Source: an uncultured Clostridia bacterium | GTDB taxonomy: Bacteria > Bacillota > Clostridia > TANB77 > CAG-508 | Length of the DNA: 64,000 bases | Assembly (NCBI GenBank): GCA_946529215.1 | Contig: CAMMZC010000004.1 | Location: 1,618 to 65,617, forward strand | Direction: 5' to 3' | Shown: positions 1-9,929 of the stretch, in pieces | Layout of the letters: each line of letters opens with the position of its first letter | Numbering within the stretch: the stretch's first letter is position 1 | Position numbers and translations under genes: made by a program | Notes under the pieces: model-generated | Told to the model about the DNA's origin: nothing | Database searches by the model: none | The model's input: the letters and a program-made list of their open reading frames with translations, nothing else

Positions 1-1
1 G

Positions 2-2068
2 GGATCTTCCAGTATGATGAGTTCTTTCTCATCTTCGGTTTTTTCTCAAATGATAGATGATAAAGAAACTTTAAACAACTCTTATGATGTTTTGGCAGGA
101 CATTGGCCACAAAAATATGATGAAATGGTGATTGTACTTTCAGAAAGAAGCACAATTTCAGATTTGTTGGTGTATTCGTTAGGATTTAGAGATACAGAAG
201 AATTAAATGATATTGTTAAAAAAATAATGAGTGGGGAAAAAGTTAAAATAAAAAATGATGCAATGACATTTACTTATGAAGATTTGATGAATAAAGAATT
301 GAAGCTCATAATGCCTTCAGATACTTACAAATACAATAAAAAATATGATATTTATGAAGATATGTCTGAAGATGAAAAATATATGAAAAAACTTTATGAA
401 AAGGCAATGAATTTAAAAATAGTTGGTGTAGTAACAGCTAAAGAAGGTGTTTCGTCAATGGCTTTAAATCCGGGAGTTGCCTATACAAGTGATTTGGTGG
501 ATTATATAATCGAAGAATCTTCAAAAACAGATATAGTAAAAAAACAACAAAAAAATGAAAAAATAGATGTGCTTTCAGGTAAAAAATTTGATGAAAAGAA
601 AAGTGATTTAGGACTTGATTTTAAAGACTTAATGGAAGTAGATACAGATAATTTAAAAAAAGCATTTAATATAAAAATAGATGAAAATGCTATGAAAAAA
701 CAAACAGAAAAATATATGAAAGAAATTAATAATGCAATTACGACAAATACATCACCTGCAAAAAAAGCATTTTCAAATAATTTAAATACATTAGCAGACG
801 GAATGTTTAATAGTATTAAAGGTGAATTTACATTAGATGATATAGATAAAAAAGTAGATAATTATTTAAAAAGCAAAGAAGCTACAAAATCTTTAACAGG
901 GTTAGAATCCAAATATGTAATACCTAAAAATACTTTCAAAACAGCTTATTCGGGATTATTAAAAGGATTATTACAAGTATATGTTGCATCATACACTGCT
1001 GCAAATTCAGCTATGCAACAGAATATACAAAATGTTAATCCACAGAATATACAAGATTTACAAAATGGTAGTCTACAAAATATGGATCCTGCAATGTTAG
1101 AACAAATGCAAAAAGCAATGGCAAATAATTCATCAACAAAAAGTGAAAAAAATGTGAATACAAAAGCAAAAATTGATAAAGAAATTACAAAAAAAGTTTT
1201 AAAAGAATATACAAAAAGTACTGCAATACAAAAAACAATAGATACTATGGGAACTGCAATGACAGAAGCTAAGATGAAAAAAACTGTACTTACAAAAGTA
1301 GGAGAACTTACAGCAAATATTACAAAAAGTTTTGCTTCAGCATTTAATGTGGACCAAGATAAAATTGCAGGTTCATTTAAAATGAAGATGACAGAAGAAG
1401 AAATAACTAGAGTAATAACTGCAATGCTTACAGATACAGAAACAAATGCAAAAATTAATCTTACAAAATTTGGATATCAAGACAAAGAAGAACCAACATA
1501 TATTTCGTCCTATTTTAGAAGTTTTGATGGAAAAGAACATTTTAAAGATTTTATAAATTCATATAACGAAAAAGTAAAAGCAGATGGAGATGAAGATAAA
1601 GAAATCAATTATACAGATACAACAGGAATTCTTATGGGTTCAGTAAAAACAATTGTAAATGCTGTAACTTATGTTTTAATAGCATTCATATCTATATCAC
1701 TGGTAGTTTCTTCAATTATGATAGGAATTATAACATATATTTCTGTATATGAAAGAACAAAAGAAATAGGAATTTTAAGAGCAATTGGTGCTTCAAAGCA
1801 CAATATTTCGTCAATATTTAATGCAGAAACATTTATTATAGGTCTTTTATCAGGATTATTTGGAATAGGATTTACTTACGCAGTTGTACCACTTATAAAT
1901 AAAGTGCTACATCATTTTATTGGAAATATTCCACTAAATGTAACATTCTATTTCAAAAATGCGGTCGTGTTAGTTATTTTAAGCGTTATTTTAACTTTAA
2001 TTGGTGGATTAATTCCTGCAAAAGCGGCTTCTAAGAAAGATCCAGTTATTGCACTTAGAACTGAATAA
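2..2068 (+). CDS. ABC transporter permease, FtsX/MacB family, 5'-partial (the open frame runs off the window start)
   Basis: The frame is open from nt 2. The C-terminal ~120 aa form a multi-TM FtsX-type domain (IGIITYISVYERTKEIGILRAIGASKHNISSIFNAETFIIGLLSGLFGIGFTY). The N-terminal part is a long hydrophilic Lys/Asn-rich extracytoplasmic region. Confidence 0.7.
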   Translation, partial: GSSSMMSSFSSSVFSQMIDDKETLNNSYDVLAGHWPQKYDEMVIVLSERSTISDLLVYSLGFRDTEELNDIVKKIMSGEKVKIKNDAMTFTYEDLMNKELKLIMPSDTYKYNKKYDIYEDMSEDEKYMKKLYEKAMNLKIVGVVTAKEGVSSMALNPGVAYTSDLVDYIIEESSKTDIVKKQQKNEKIDVLSGKKFDEKKSDLGLDFKDLMEVDTDNLKKAFNIKIDENAMKKQTEKYMKEINNAITTNTSPAKKAFSNNLNTLADGMFNSIKGEFTLDDIDKKVDNYLKSKEATKSLTGLESKYVIPKNTFKTAYSGLLKGLLQVYVASYTAANSAMQQNIQNVNPQNIQDLQNGSLQNMDPAMLEQMQKAMANNSSTKSEKNVNTKAKIDKEITKKVLKEYTKSTAIQKTIDTMGTAMTEAKMKKTVLTKVGELTANITKSFASAFNVDQDKIAGSFKMKMTEEEITRVITAMLTDTETNAKINLTKFGYQDKEEPTYISSYFRSFDGKEHFKDFINSYNEKVKADGDEDKEINYTDTTGILMGSVKTIVNAVTYVLIAFISISLVVSSIMIGIITYISVYERTKEIGILRAIGASKHNISSIFNAETFIIGLLSGLFGIGFTYAVVPLINKVLHHFIGNIPLNVTFYFKNAVVLVILSVILTLIGGLIPAKAASKKDPVIALRTE

Positions 2069-2070
2069 AA

Positions 2071-2110
2071 AGATGGAAAAGGGATATGTTTCTCTTTTCC
2101 ATCTTTTTAA
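2071..2110 (+). terminator. Rho-independent terminator after the permease gene
   Basis: Hairpin agatggaaaaggg...ctcttttccatct followed by a T-run (ttttt), directly after the stop at 2068. Confidence 0.6.
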
Positions 2111-2181
2111 AAAATCTATTGACTATAGAAAGAAAAAGAGATAAAATACTATGTAGGAAAAATAAAGGAGGAATGGTGTAA

Positions 2182-4875
2182 ATGAGAAGTTTTTTGAAAC
2201 AAAAAAGAGGTAAGCTTTTAGTTCTAATTTTAACAATTATGTTATTATTAGGAGTAGCAAGTATTGTTAAAGCTGCAGGTTTACCAGAAGCACAAGATGG
2301 TGTAATAACACTTACAGAAGATGTTACATTAGATGAAGATGTAACTGCGAAAATTGTAGTTCCTTCAGGAAAAACAGTTACTATAGATTTAAATGGTCAT
2401 ACAATAACAGCAACATCAAAACAAGTTGCAATTACAAATGAAGGAAAATTAACAATTAAGGGTGAAGGAAAAGTAGTTGCAGATGGAAATTATGCTGTAT
2501 TAAATCATGGCGAATTATTAACAATTAATGGAGGAAATTACTCAAAGACAGATGAAAAAGCTACACAATCTTTAATTTCAAATGGTTGGTATACTAATTC
2601 ACAAAATACTAGTGGTGCAATATCAAATATGATAATCAATAATGGAACATTTGATGGAGGGTCTTATACAGCACTAAAAAATGATAGTTATGGAAATATT
2701 ACTATAAATGGAGGAACATTTACTAGTACACAATCTACAGCAGGTGTTCAAGAAACAGGAAATGGTATTACAATAAATGGTGGTACATTTGATGCAGTGG
2801 TTTATGTACAAAATTATACTTCTGTAGACGGTGTTTCTAAAGAAGCACATTTTAATGGAGGAACATTTAATAAAGCTGTTAAATGTGAAGAAGGAAATAC
2901 TTCATCGCCTAAAGCATCAAGTGTAAAAGTATTTATAGAAAAAAAGGCAGAATTTAACAATAATTTATCAATTTTAAATTCTTCTGCAAAAACAGGAACA
3001 ATTCCTTTTGCAGTTGAAAAATTTGATGTGAAAAATATTGGTGGTTCATTAACTTTCGCAGGAAAGAATGCAGATTGTAAATTACCAGCTTTAAATTTAG
3101 ATGGATTGACAATTGGAGGTGGACTAACTTTAAGCTATGTAGAAAAAAGTGTAATTAGCAACACTATAGTAAATGGATCGGAAATAAAAGCAGGAAATGT
3201 AGTTTTAAAAAATGTAACTGCAAAGATGTTTACAAATAACGCCAAAAATGCAATTGCATCATTTGAAGAAGGTACAAAAATCACAAAAATAAAAGAAACA
3301 TCTAACATTGGAAACTCAATAGTTATAGATGGAGCAACTATAGATTCTATAGTTAATACAGGAAAAACAAAAATGATGGGATTCGATTCTATTACTGTAA
3401 AAAATGGAAATGTTGGAACAATAGACACAAGTAAAGGTGATATTGAAATAACAGGTGGTAAAGTTGAAAAAATTACAATAGTCGATAAATTCGTAAAAGC
3501 AAATCCTGTAAATGTAACAGTATCAGATGGTGCATTTATAGATGTTATAGACAATCAAAGAGATGGAGATGATAACGCTACAGTAGAAACCAATATAAAT
3601 CTTCCAGAAAATTGTACTATTTCAGAGGAAGGAAAAGTACTTATAAATATTTCTTCAGTAATAGTTTCAAATATTGAAAAAAAATATACATACACAGGAG
3701 AGAATCTAGTACCTGAACCAACAATAAAAAATGAAAATGAAAAACTTAAAAAAGATACAGACTATACAATTGAATATAAAGATAACAAAGAAGTAGGAAA
3801 AGCTACAATTACTATAACAGGAAAAGGAAAATATACAGGAACAAAAGAAGTTAGTTTTAATATAGAAAAAGCTACGTATGATATGAGCAATGTGAAATTT
3901 GAAGACTTAACAGTTACCTATGATGGAAAATCTCATATAATTACTGCAACAGGACTTCCTAGTGGAGTAAAAGTAGAATACAAAAACAATGAAAAAATAG
4001 AAATGGGAGAATACACTGCAACTGCTGTATTTATAAGCGATTCAGAACATTATAATGCTATTGCAGATATGACGGCTACATTAAAAATAATTGGTAAAGA
4101 CATTTCTAATTTTACAGTATTAAAGATTGATAATCAATTATTTACAGGAAAAGAAATAAAGCCTAGTGTAGAAATAAAAGATGGGGATGTAGTCTTAAAA
4201 AATGGAACAGATTATACTGTATCATACAGTAATAATATAAATACAGGTAAGGCAACAGTAACTATAACAGGAAAAGGAAAATATTCAGGAGCAAAAACAA
4301 CTACATTTAATATTACTCCAACTAAATTAAAGAAATTAAAAATAAAATCACAAAAGAATAAAAAAATTACATTACAATGGGCAAAAAATGATGGTAAAGT
4401 AACAGGATATAAAGTTTATATGTACAGTTCTAAAACGAAGAAATATGAATATGTAGGAAAAACAAAAGATACAAAATATACAATTAAAAATCTTAGAGCA
4501 GCTAAAAAATATAAGTTCAAAGTAAGAGCATACAAAAATATAGATGGTACACAGTATTTGGGCTCTTGCACAAAAATTACTGCTTATACAGCACCTTCTA
4601 CTCCAGTTTTAAAAAGGATAACAACATATAAAAAACAAGTGGCTTTAAAATGGAGTAAAGTAAAAGATGCAATTGGATATAAGATTTATAGATCAACTGA
4701 TGGTAAGAATTATAGTAGAATGAAAACATTATCTAATAAAAATGCAACAGACTATTTGAGATGGGGATTGAAAAAAGGTAAAACATACTATTTCAAGATC
4801 AGAGCATTTATTACTAAAAACGGAAAGCAAATTTTTGGTTCATATAGTAATGTGAAATATATTAAAGTTAAATAA
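2182..4875 (+). CDS. Secreted or cell-surface protein with a signal peptide, beta-helix-like repeats, Ig-like (Big_3-type) repeats and Fn3-like C-terminal domains
   Basis: N-terminal signal peptide (KLLVLILTIMLLLGVASIVKA). Repeated TINGGTF/NGGTF motifs typical of a parallel beta-helix. Duplicated ...GKATITITGKGKYTG... / ...GKATVTITGKGKYSG... Ig-like modules. C-terminal tandem ~90-aa units with W..A....V.GYK.Y...K.K.Y......KDTKYTIKNL...KKYKFKVRAY (Fn3-like). RBS aaggagg precedes the ATG. Confidence 0.7.
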   Translation: MRSFLKQKRGKLLVLILTIMLLLGVASIVKAAGLPEAQDGVITLTEDVTLDEDVTAKIVVPSGKTVTIDLNGHTITATSKQVAITNEGKLTIKGEGKVVADGNYAVLNHGELLTINGGNYSKTDEKATQSLISNGWYTNSQNTSGAISNMIINNGTFDGGSYTALKNDSYGNITINGGTFTSTQSTAGVQETGNGITINGGTFDAVVYVQNYTSVDGVSKEAHFNGGTFNKAVKCEEGNTSSPKASSVKVFIEKKAEFNNNLSILNSSAKTGTIPFAVEKFDVKNIGGSLTFAGKNADCKLPALNLDGLTIGGGLTLSYVEKSVISNTIVNGSEIKAGNVVLKNVTAKMFTNNAKNAIASFEEGTKITKIKETSNIGNSIVIDGATIDSIVNTGKTKMMGFDSITVKNGNVGTIDTSKGDIEITGGKVEKITIVDKFVKANPVNVTVSDGAFIDVIDNQRDGDDNATVETNINLPENCTISEEGKVLINISSVIVSNIEKKYTYTGENLVPEPTIKNENEKLKKDTDYTIEYKDNKEVGKATITITGKGKYTGTKEVSFNIEKATYDMSNVKFEDLTVTYDGKSHIITATGLPSGVKVEYKNNEKIEMGEYTATAVFISDSEHYNAIADMTATLKIIGKDISNFTVLKIDNQLFTGKEIKPSVEIKDGDVVLKNGTDYTVSYSNNINTGKATVTITGKGKYSGAKTTTFNITPTKLKKLKIKSQKNKKITLQWAKNDGKVTGYKVYMYSSKTKKYEYVGKTKDTKYTIKNLRAAKKYKFKVRAYKNIDGTQYLGSCTKITAYTAPSTPVLKRITTYKKQVALKWSKVKDAIGYKIYRSTDGKNYSRMKTLSNKNATDYLRWGLKKGKTYYFKIRAFITKNGKQIFGSYSNVKYIKVK

Positions 4876-4882
4876 TAAAAAA

Positions 4883-4906
4883 GGATGCAAAACTGCATCC
4901 TTTTTT
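4883..4906 (+). terminator. Rho-independent terminator
   Basis: ggatgcaaaactgcatcc hairpin followed by tttttt, immediately after the stop at 4875. Confidence 0.65.
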
Positions 4907-4977
4907 AAAAATTTTCATTGTTTTTTTATATTAGATATATTATAATAAAAGTAGAAAATTTTTTTAGGAGAAAAATT

Positions 4978-6090
4978 ATGGGTACAAAAGAGTTAGTAAA
5001 AAGCGAAGTAGAAGAATATGCCAAATTTGATTTAATAAGATATGCACAAGTTTGGGAAGATGCAGATATCTTATTAGAAGCTTTGCAAATAAACGAAAAT
5101 GACAATATTCTATCAATTGCATCTGCAGGTGAAAATGCTCTTGCAATGCTTACAAAAAATCCAAATAAGGTTTATGCAATAGATTTAAATTCAAATCAAA
5201 TAGCATGTACAGAATTAAAAAAGATTGCATATAAGTTTTTAAATTATGAAGAATGTATGCAATTAATAGGTGTTTTTGATTGTAGTAATAGAACTGACAT
5301 ATATGACAAAATTAAAAAAGAATTAAGTGATGAATCACAAAAATATTTTGATGAAAATATAGAGATTATAAAAAAAGGAATAATACACACAGGAAAGTTC
5401 GAAAAATATTTTCTAATCTTTGGGCAAAAGGTATTGCCACTAATACATAACAAAAAAACAAGAAAAGAATTATTAGAAAAAAAGACAAAAGAAGCAAGAA
5501 TTGTTTTTTATAACAAAAAATGGAATAACATAAGATGGAATTTATTGTTTAGAATATTTTTCTCAAGAACTGTAATGGGCAAGTTAGGTAGAGATAAAGC
5601 ATTTTTTAGATATGTAAATGTAAATGTTGCTGAGCATATTTTAGCAAGAACAAAATATGCAATAACAGAGTTAGATACCTCAGAAAATCCCTATTTACAT
5701 TATATAATAAATGGTAAATATGAAAATGTGTTACCATTAGCATATAGAAAAGAAAATTTTGAAACGATAAAAAGAAATATAGACAAATTAGTTTTATTAA
5801 AAGAATCAGTAGAGACATTTATAGAAAGAGATGATATAGACTATATTAGCAAATACAATTTAAGTGATATTTTTGAATATATGGATGATACTCAGATGTG
5901 TAAGATATTTGAAAAAATGAATATAAAGTCTGGAAAAGGAACAATTATTGCATATTGGAATATGCTTGCAGACAAGAGATTATCAAAGTATTTTCAAAAC
6001 CTTGAATTTAAAGAAAAAGAGTCAGAGGAATTACTAAAAAGAGATAAAGCATTCTTTTATAGTAAATTTATTGTAGAAGAGATTATTTAA
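4978..6090 (+). CDS. DUF3419/BtaA-like protein (S-adenosylmethionine:diacylglycerol 3-amino-3-carboxypropyl transferase family)
   Basis: The likely start is ATG 4978 (MGTKELV) after the RBS aggag. The track ORF starts upstream at 4918. The segment IRYAQVWEDADILLEALQINENDNILSIASAGENALAMLTKNPNKVYAIDLNSNQIACTELKKIAYKFLNYEE matches, as I remember it, the conserved N-terminal core of BtaA/DUF3419 proteins. Confidence 0.55.
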   Translation: MGTKELVKSEVEEYAKFDLIRYAQVWEDADILLEALQINENDNILSIASAGENALAMLTKNPNKVYAIDLNSNQIACTELKKIAYKFLNYEECMQLIGVFDCSNRTDIYDKIKKELSDESQKYFDENIEIIKKGIIHTGKFEKYFLIFGQKVLPLIHNKKTRKELLEKKTKEARIVFYNKKWNNIRWNLLFRIFFSRTVMGKLGRDKAFFRYVNVNVAEHILARTKYAITELDTSENPYLHYIINGKYENVLPLAYRKENFETIKRNIDKLVLLKESVETFIERDDIDYISKYNLSDIFEYMDDTQMCKIFEKMNIKSGKGTIIAYWNMLADKRLSKYFQNLEFKEKESEELLKRDKAFFYSKFIVEEII

Positions 6091-6105
6091 AGAATGGAGA
6101 AATAA

Positions 6106-7452
6106 ATGATAATAGAATGGAAAAGCATATTATTAATAATAACAATAATATTTGTAATGCTTTTAATTATAAAATTAATAGATAAAAAAAGAAAACTAAA
6201 TGGGGAAGTAAAAAGAAAATTATTCCATACTAGTATGGGAATATCAATGCTTTTATTGCCACATATTTTTACTTCAACATTATCTGTAGGTGTGCTTGGA
6301 ATTATTGCATTAGTAATAATGTATTTTTTGAAAAATACGAAATTAAAAAATTGTCTTGGCACAATACTTTATGATATTGATAGGGAGTCACTAGGAGAAG
6401 TATTTTTTGTGATCTCGGTTTTTTCAATTTTCTATTTATCAAAAGGAGATAAGATTTTATATAGTATTCCAATACTAATATTAACATTTGCAGATAGTAC
6501 GGCAGCACTTATTGGAAAAAATTATGGAAAAAATAACTTGGCACAATTTAATGAAGATACTAAAAGTTTAGAAGGCAGCTTTATGTTTTTTATGGTTGCT
6601 TTTATGACAACACTTGTTCCAATACTTCTATATACTAATGTAGGAAGAGAGGAAACTTTAATAATATCTGCAATAGTTGGTTTTAATGTTGCACTAGTAG
6701 AAATGATTTCACATTCTGGAAATGACAATTTATTAATTCCTTTAACAACTTTTGCTTTTGTATCCACACATATAGGATATGATTTGCAAACATTAAGATT
6801 ACATTTAATATTTTTTATAGCAATATTTTTACTTGTTACAATTGCAAATAGAGTTAAAGCATTAAGTAAGTTAGCAATTGTAGAAGCAATAGTAGTGGGG
6901 TATTTAACTACAATACTTTATGGAGGTTATGCAATTATTCCACCACTAATTTTGATAATGACTGTAATGAGATTACCAAAAAGAAGACCTAATGAAAAAG
7001 AAAACATATATGATGCTAGAATAATAGAAACTAATGTACTTATCCCAATAGCGATTTGTGGACTTGTTGCAATAACAGGTTGGAAAAAAGAATTTTTTAT
7101 GATTTATGCTACAGCATATGCTATGCATTTAATAGTAAATACCTTTGTCAGACTTAAATACTATATTAATTTATCAGAGACAGATAGTATTTTACTTTCA
7201 ATAGCAAAAGGATTTGGACTCATTTTCATACCAAGCTTAATCATACAAAAATTAGTATTTAATGAGATGATAAATTTTATAATGTTTATTACAATGATTA
7301 TTGCTATGGTTTTAAGTGCAGTAATGATTTATATAAAAAAGAAAAATGTGAAAATAGAAGAAATATCAATAGACAATGGTTTTATGCATATGAAAATAGT
7401 GTTTATTCTAACAATGGCAATAGGAGCAGTACAATTAATTCAAATACTTTAG
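6106..7452 (+). CDS. Polytopic membrane protein with an N-terminal CTP-transferase (CdsA/dolichol-kinase/phytol-kinase-like) domain
   Basis: About 12 predicted TM helices. The motif DSTAALIGKNYGKNNLAQFNEDTKSLEGSFMFF resembles the K...KT.EG signature of the CTP_transf_1 (PF01148) family. It sits 15 nt downstream of the previous gene. Confidence 0.5.
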   Translation: MIIEWKSILLIITIIFVMLLIIKLIDKKRKLNGEVKRKLFHTSMGISMLLLPHIFTSTLSVGVLGIIALVIMYFLKNTKLKNCLGTILYDIDRESLGEVFFVISVFSIFYLSKGDKILYSIPILILTFADSTAALIGKNYGKNNLAQFNEDTKSLEGSFMFFMVAFMTTLVPILLYTNVGREETLIISAIVGFNVALVEMISHSGNDNLLIPLTTFAFVSTHIGYDLQTLRLHLIFFIAIFLLVTIANRVKALSKLAIVEAIVVGYLTTILYGGYAIIPPLILIMTVMRLPKRRPNEKENIYDARIIETNVLIPIAICGLVAITGWKKEFFMIYATAYAMHLIVNTFVRLKYYINLSETDSILLSIAKGFGLIFIPSLIIQKLVFNEMINFIMFITMIIAMVLSAVMIYIKKKNVKIEEISIDNGFMHMKIVFILTMAIGAVQLIQIL

Positions 7453-7468
7453 AGAAGAAAGGGTTTTT

Positions 7469-8392
7469 ATGGAATTTAAAATAGATAAGCAAGGAAAAGA
7501 TATTAGAGTAGCTTTAATTAATGAAGAAAAAGAAATAGCAAAAGCAACTTGCTATTTTGAAAATACTCCTATGGTTGATGATAAAAATATAGGATGTATA
7601 GGAGAATTTGAAACAGAAGATAAAGAAGCAGGAGTTAAAATTTTAAACAAATGTGAAGAAATTTTAAAAGAAAAAAATGTTAGCTTAATTGTTGCTCCGA
7701 TGAATGGGAATACATGGAAAAAGTATAGAACTATGAAATATACAAACGGAGATAGTTTGTTTTTATTAGAAAATGTGAATCCTATAGAACATAATGAAAT
7801 ACTGAAAGAAGCGGGATTTGAAGAAATTGATACATATACTTCAACAAAAGGATTTATAAAAGATGCATATAAGTCAGAAGCATTAGATTTAGCAGAAGAA
7901 AATTTGAAAGAAGAAAATATTATAATTAGAAATTTTAACAAACAAAACTACATTACGGATTTAAAGAAGATTTTTAATGTTTCCAAACAAAGTTTTACTA
8001 GAAATCCATTTTATACACCAATAGAGGAGAATGACTTTTTGAAACAGTATGAACAATATGTTGCTATGTGTGATGAAGAATTAATTTTATTAGCTGAAAA
8101 AGATGGACAAGAAGTAGGTTTTGTATTTTGTGTTCCAAATTTTAATGAGGCTAAAGAAGGTAAGAAAATTGAGACACTTATTCTAAAAACTATAGCTGTT
8201 TTACCAGAATATGAGTATTTAGCAATTGGAAATGTGTTATTAAACAAAATTTCAAAAGTTGCTGAAAATAAAGGATTTTTAAAATGGATTTTTGCATTTA
8301 TGTATAGTAATAATACTTCTCAAAAAATGGCAAAAAGAAATGGAACAGAGATAATTAGAGAATATGCACTATATGGAAAGAATTTTGCCTAG
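7469..8392 (+). CDS. GNAT-fold acyltransferase-like protein (possible N-acyltransferase)
   Basis: 307 aa, cytoplasmic. The C-terminal part VLPEYEYLAIGNVLLNKISKVAENKGF resembles a degenerate GNAT motif A. It lies inside the operon, 16 nt after the previous stop. Confidence 0.4.
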   Translation: MEFKIDKQGKDIRVALINEEKEIAKATCYFENTPMVDDKNIGCIGEFETEDKEAGVKILNKCEEILKEKNVSLIVAPMNGNTWKKYRTMKYTNGDSLFLLENVNPIEHNEILKEAGFEEIDTYTSTKGFIKDAYKSEALDLAEENLKEENIIIRNFNKQNYITDLKKIFNVSKQSFTRNPFYTPIEENDFLKQYEQYVAMCDEELILLAEKDGQEVGFVFCVPNFNEAKEGKKIETLILKTIAVLPEYEYLAIGNVLLNKISKVAENKGFLKWIFAFMYSNNTSQKMAKRNGTEIIREYALYGKNFA

Positions 8393-8433
8393 CAATACTT
8401 GCTTCTTGTTTTAATTTAAGGAGGAATTTTATA

Positions 8434-9927
8434 ATGAACCTAGCAAATCAATTGGTTATAAATCGCAATAATAGGCCAAATAAAATTTGTTTAATTCAGA
8501 ATAACAGAAGAATTACATATGATGATTTATATAAAAAAGTATCAAATTTTAAAAAATATATTGAGCAAAGAGGAATAAAAAAGGGAGATAAAGTATTGGT
8601 TTTAGCTCCGATGTCAGTAGACTTATATGTTACTCTTCTTTCTGTTTGGGCACTTGGTGCAACAGTATGTTTTATGGATGCTGGATTTATAAAAAACGGA
8701 ATGAAGAAAAATGAATTTGATGATATAAATGCAGTTATTGGAATAAGTAAGTATATTTTATACTCAAACATAAATAAAAATTTAAGAGGACTAAAGATAA
8801 AAATAAATACAAGTGTAATTGAGAAATTAAATGAAGAAAGCTTATTAGAAAATCAAGAAGTAGATAAAGATTTTCCAGCTATTATGACATATACAAGTGG
8901 AACAACAGGAAAACCTAAAATAGCAGCAAGAAGTCATGAATTTTTAGAATGTCAAGCAAACATTTTACAGAAACATTTGAATTATGAAAGTGAAGATATT
9001 GAGCTTTCTTCAATACCAATTTTTACATTATCTAATATAGATATAGGAATTACTACTGTTATAGCAAATGCAAATTTTTCTAATTTAGGTAGCTCAAATT
9101 CAAGAAAACTTATTAATCAAATAATAGAAAACAAAATAAATAGATTAATGGCAGCTCCAGGTGTACTTAATTTAATAATTAATTTTTGTTTAAAATATGA
9201 TATTACATTAAGCAATATAAAAAAGGTTTTTACAGGAGGAGGGGCAATATTTTTAGATTTTATAGAAAAATTAAAAAAAGTTTGTCCAAATGCAAAAATA
9301 TATACACTATATGGTTCTACAGAAGCGGAGCCAATTGCAGAACTTGATATTGATGAGATGACTTTTAAATATTATGAAGATACAAAAAATGGAAAAGGTA
9401 TTTTGGCTGGAAATATAATTGGTGTAGATGATTGCCGAATTATAAAAACAGGAGTAAATGAAATAGGTAGTATTACAGAAGAAGAATTTAAAAATATGCA
9501 AACTGATGAAGTTGGAGAAATAGTTGTAACAGGAAGTAATGTGCTTAAAGGATATGTAAATGGAATTGGTGACAAGGAAAATAAATTTAAAGTAAATGAT
9601 AAAATTTACCATAGAACAGGCGATTTAGGTTTAATAGATGAGAATAATAAATTATGGCTTAGAGGTAGAATTAAAGAACCATATTTTAACATAGAAGCAT
9701 GCTTACATGCAAAATTAAAAATTGGTAAGACTGCTATTTTTAAATATAATGAAAAACTTATTTTAGTTTTAGAAAAAAGTGATTTTAACACTTTAGAAGA
9801 AATAAAAGATGCAATTTCATTTGCAAAAATTGATGAAATAAAATATGTAAAGAAGATTCCTGTTGATAAAAGACACAGTACAAAAGTAGATTATAAAGAA
9901 TTAAAGAGAATTTTAGGAATGGAGTAA
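8434..9927 (+). CDS. AMP-dependent synthetase/ligase (acyl-CoA or acyl-ACP synthetase-like adenylating enzyme)
   Basis: Adenylation core motifs: MTYTSGTTGKPK (A3), YGSTEAEP (A5), YHRTGDLGLIDENNKLWLRGR (A7/A8) and a C-terminal Lys. RBS aaggagg precedes the ATG. Confidence 0.8.
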   Translation: MNLANQLVINRNNRPNKICLIQNNRRITYDDLYKKVSNFKKYIEQRGIKKGDKVLVLAPMSVDLYVTLLSVWALGATVCFMDAGFIKNGMKKNEFDDINAVIGISKYILYSNINKNLRGLKIKINTSVIEKLNEESLLENQEVDKDFPAIMTYTSGTTGKPKIAARSHEFLECQANILQKHLNYESEDIELSSIPIFTLSNIDIGITTVIANANFSNLGSSNSRKLINQIIENKINRLMAAPGVLNLIINFCLKYDITLSNIKKVFTGGGAIFLDFIEKLKKVCPNAKIYTLYGSTEAEPIAELDIDEMTFKYYEDTKNGKGILAGNIIGVDDCRIIKTGVNEIGSITEEEFKNMQTDEVGEIVVTGSNVLKGYVNGIGDKENKFKVNDKIYHRTGDLGLIDENNKLWLRGRIKEPYFNIEACLHAKLKIGKTAIFKYNEKLILVLEKSDFNTLEEIKDAISFAKIDEIKYVKKIPVDKRHSTKVDYKELKRILGME

Positions 9928-9929
9928 TT

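Noticed and set aside
3135-3554. Minus-strand ORFs fully embedded in + strand genes: 3135-3554 here, and also 5244-5453, 5606-5818, 6087-6362, 7552-7941, 9307-9612, 22797-23345, 39922-40309, 40494-40997, 43977-44459, 46392-46691, 60660-61040, 61686-62204 and 63172-63453.
   Set aside because: They lie antisense within well-supported genes in a very AT-rich genome, where stop codons are rare on the antisense strand. Their products are low-complexity Phe/Ile/Ser-rich and they have no RBS. They are chance ORFs.
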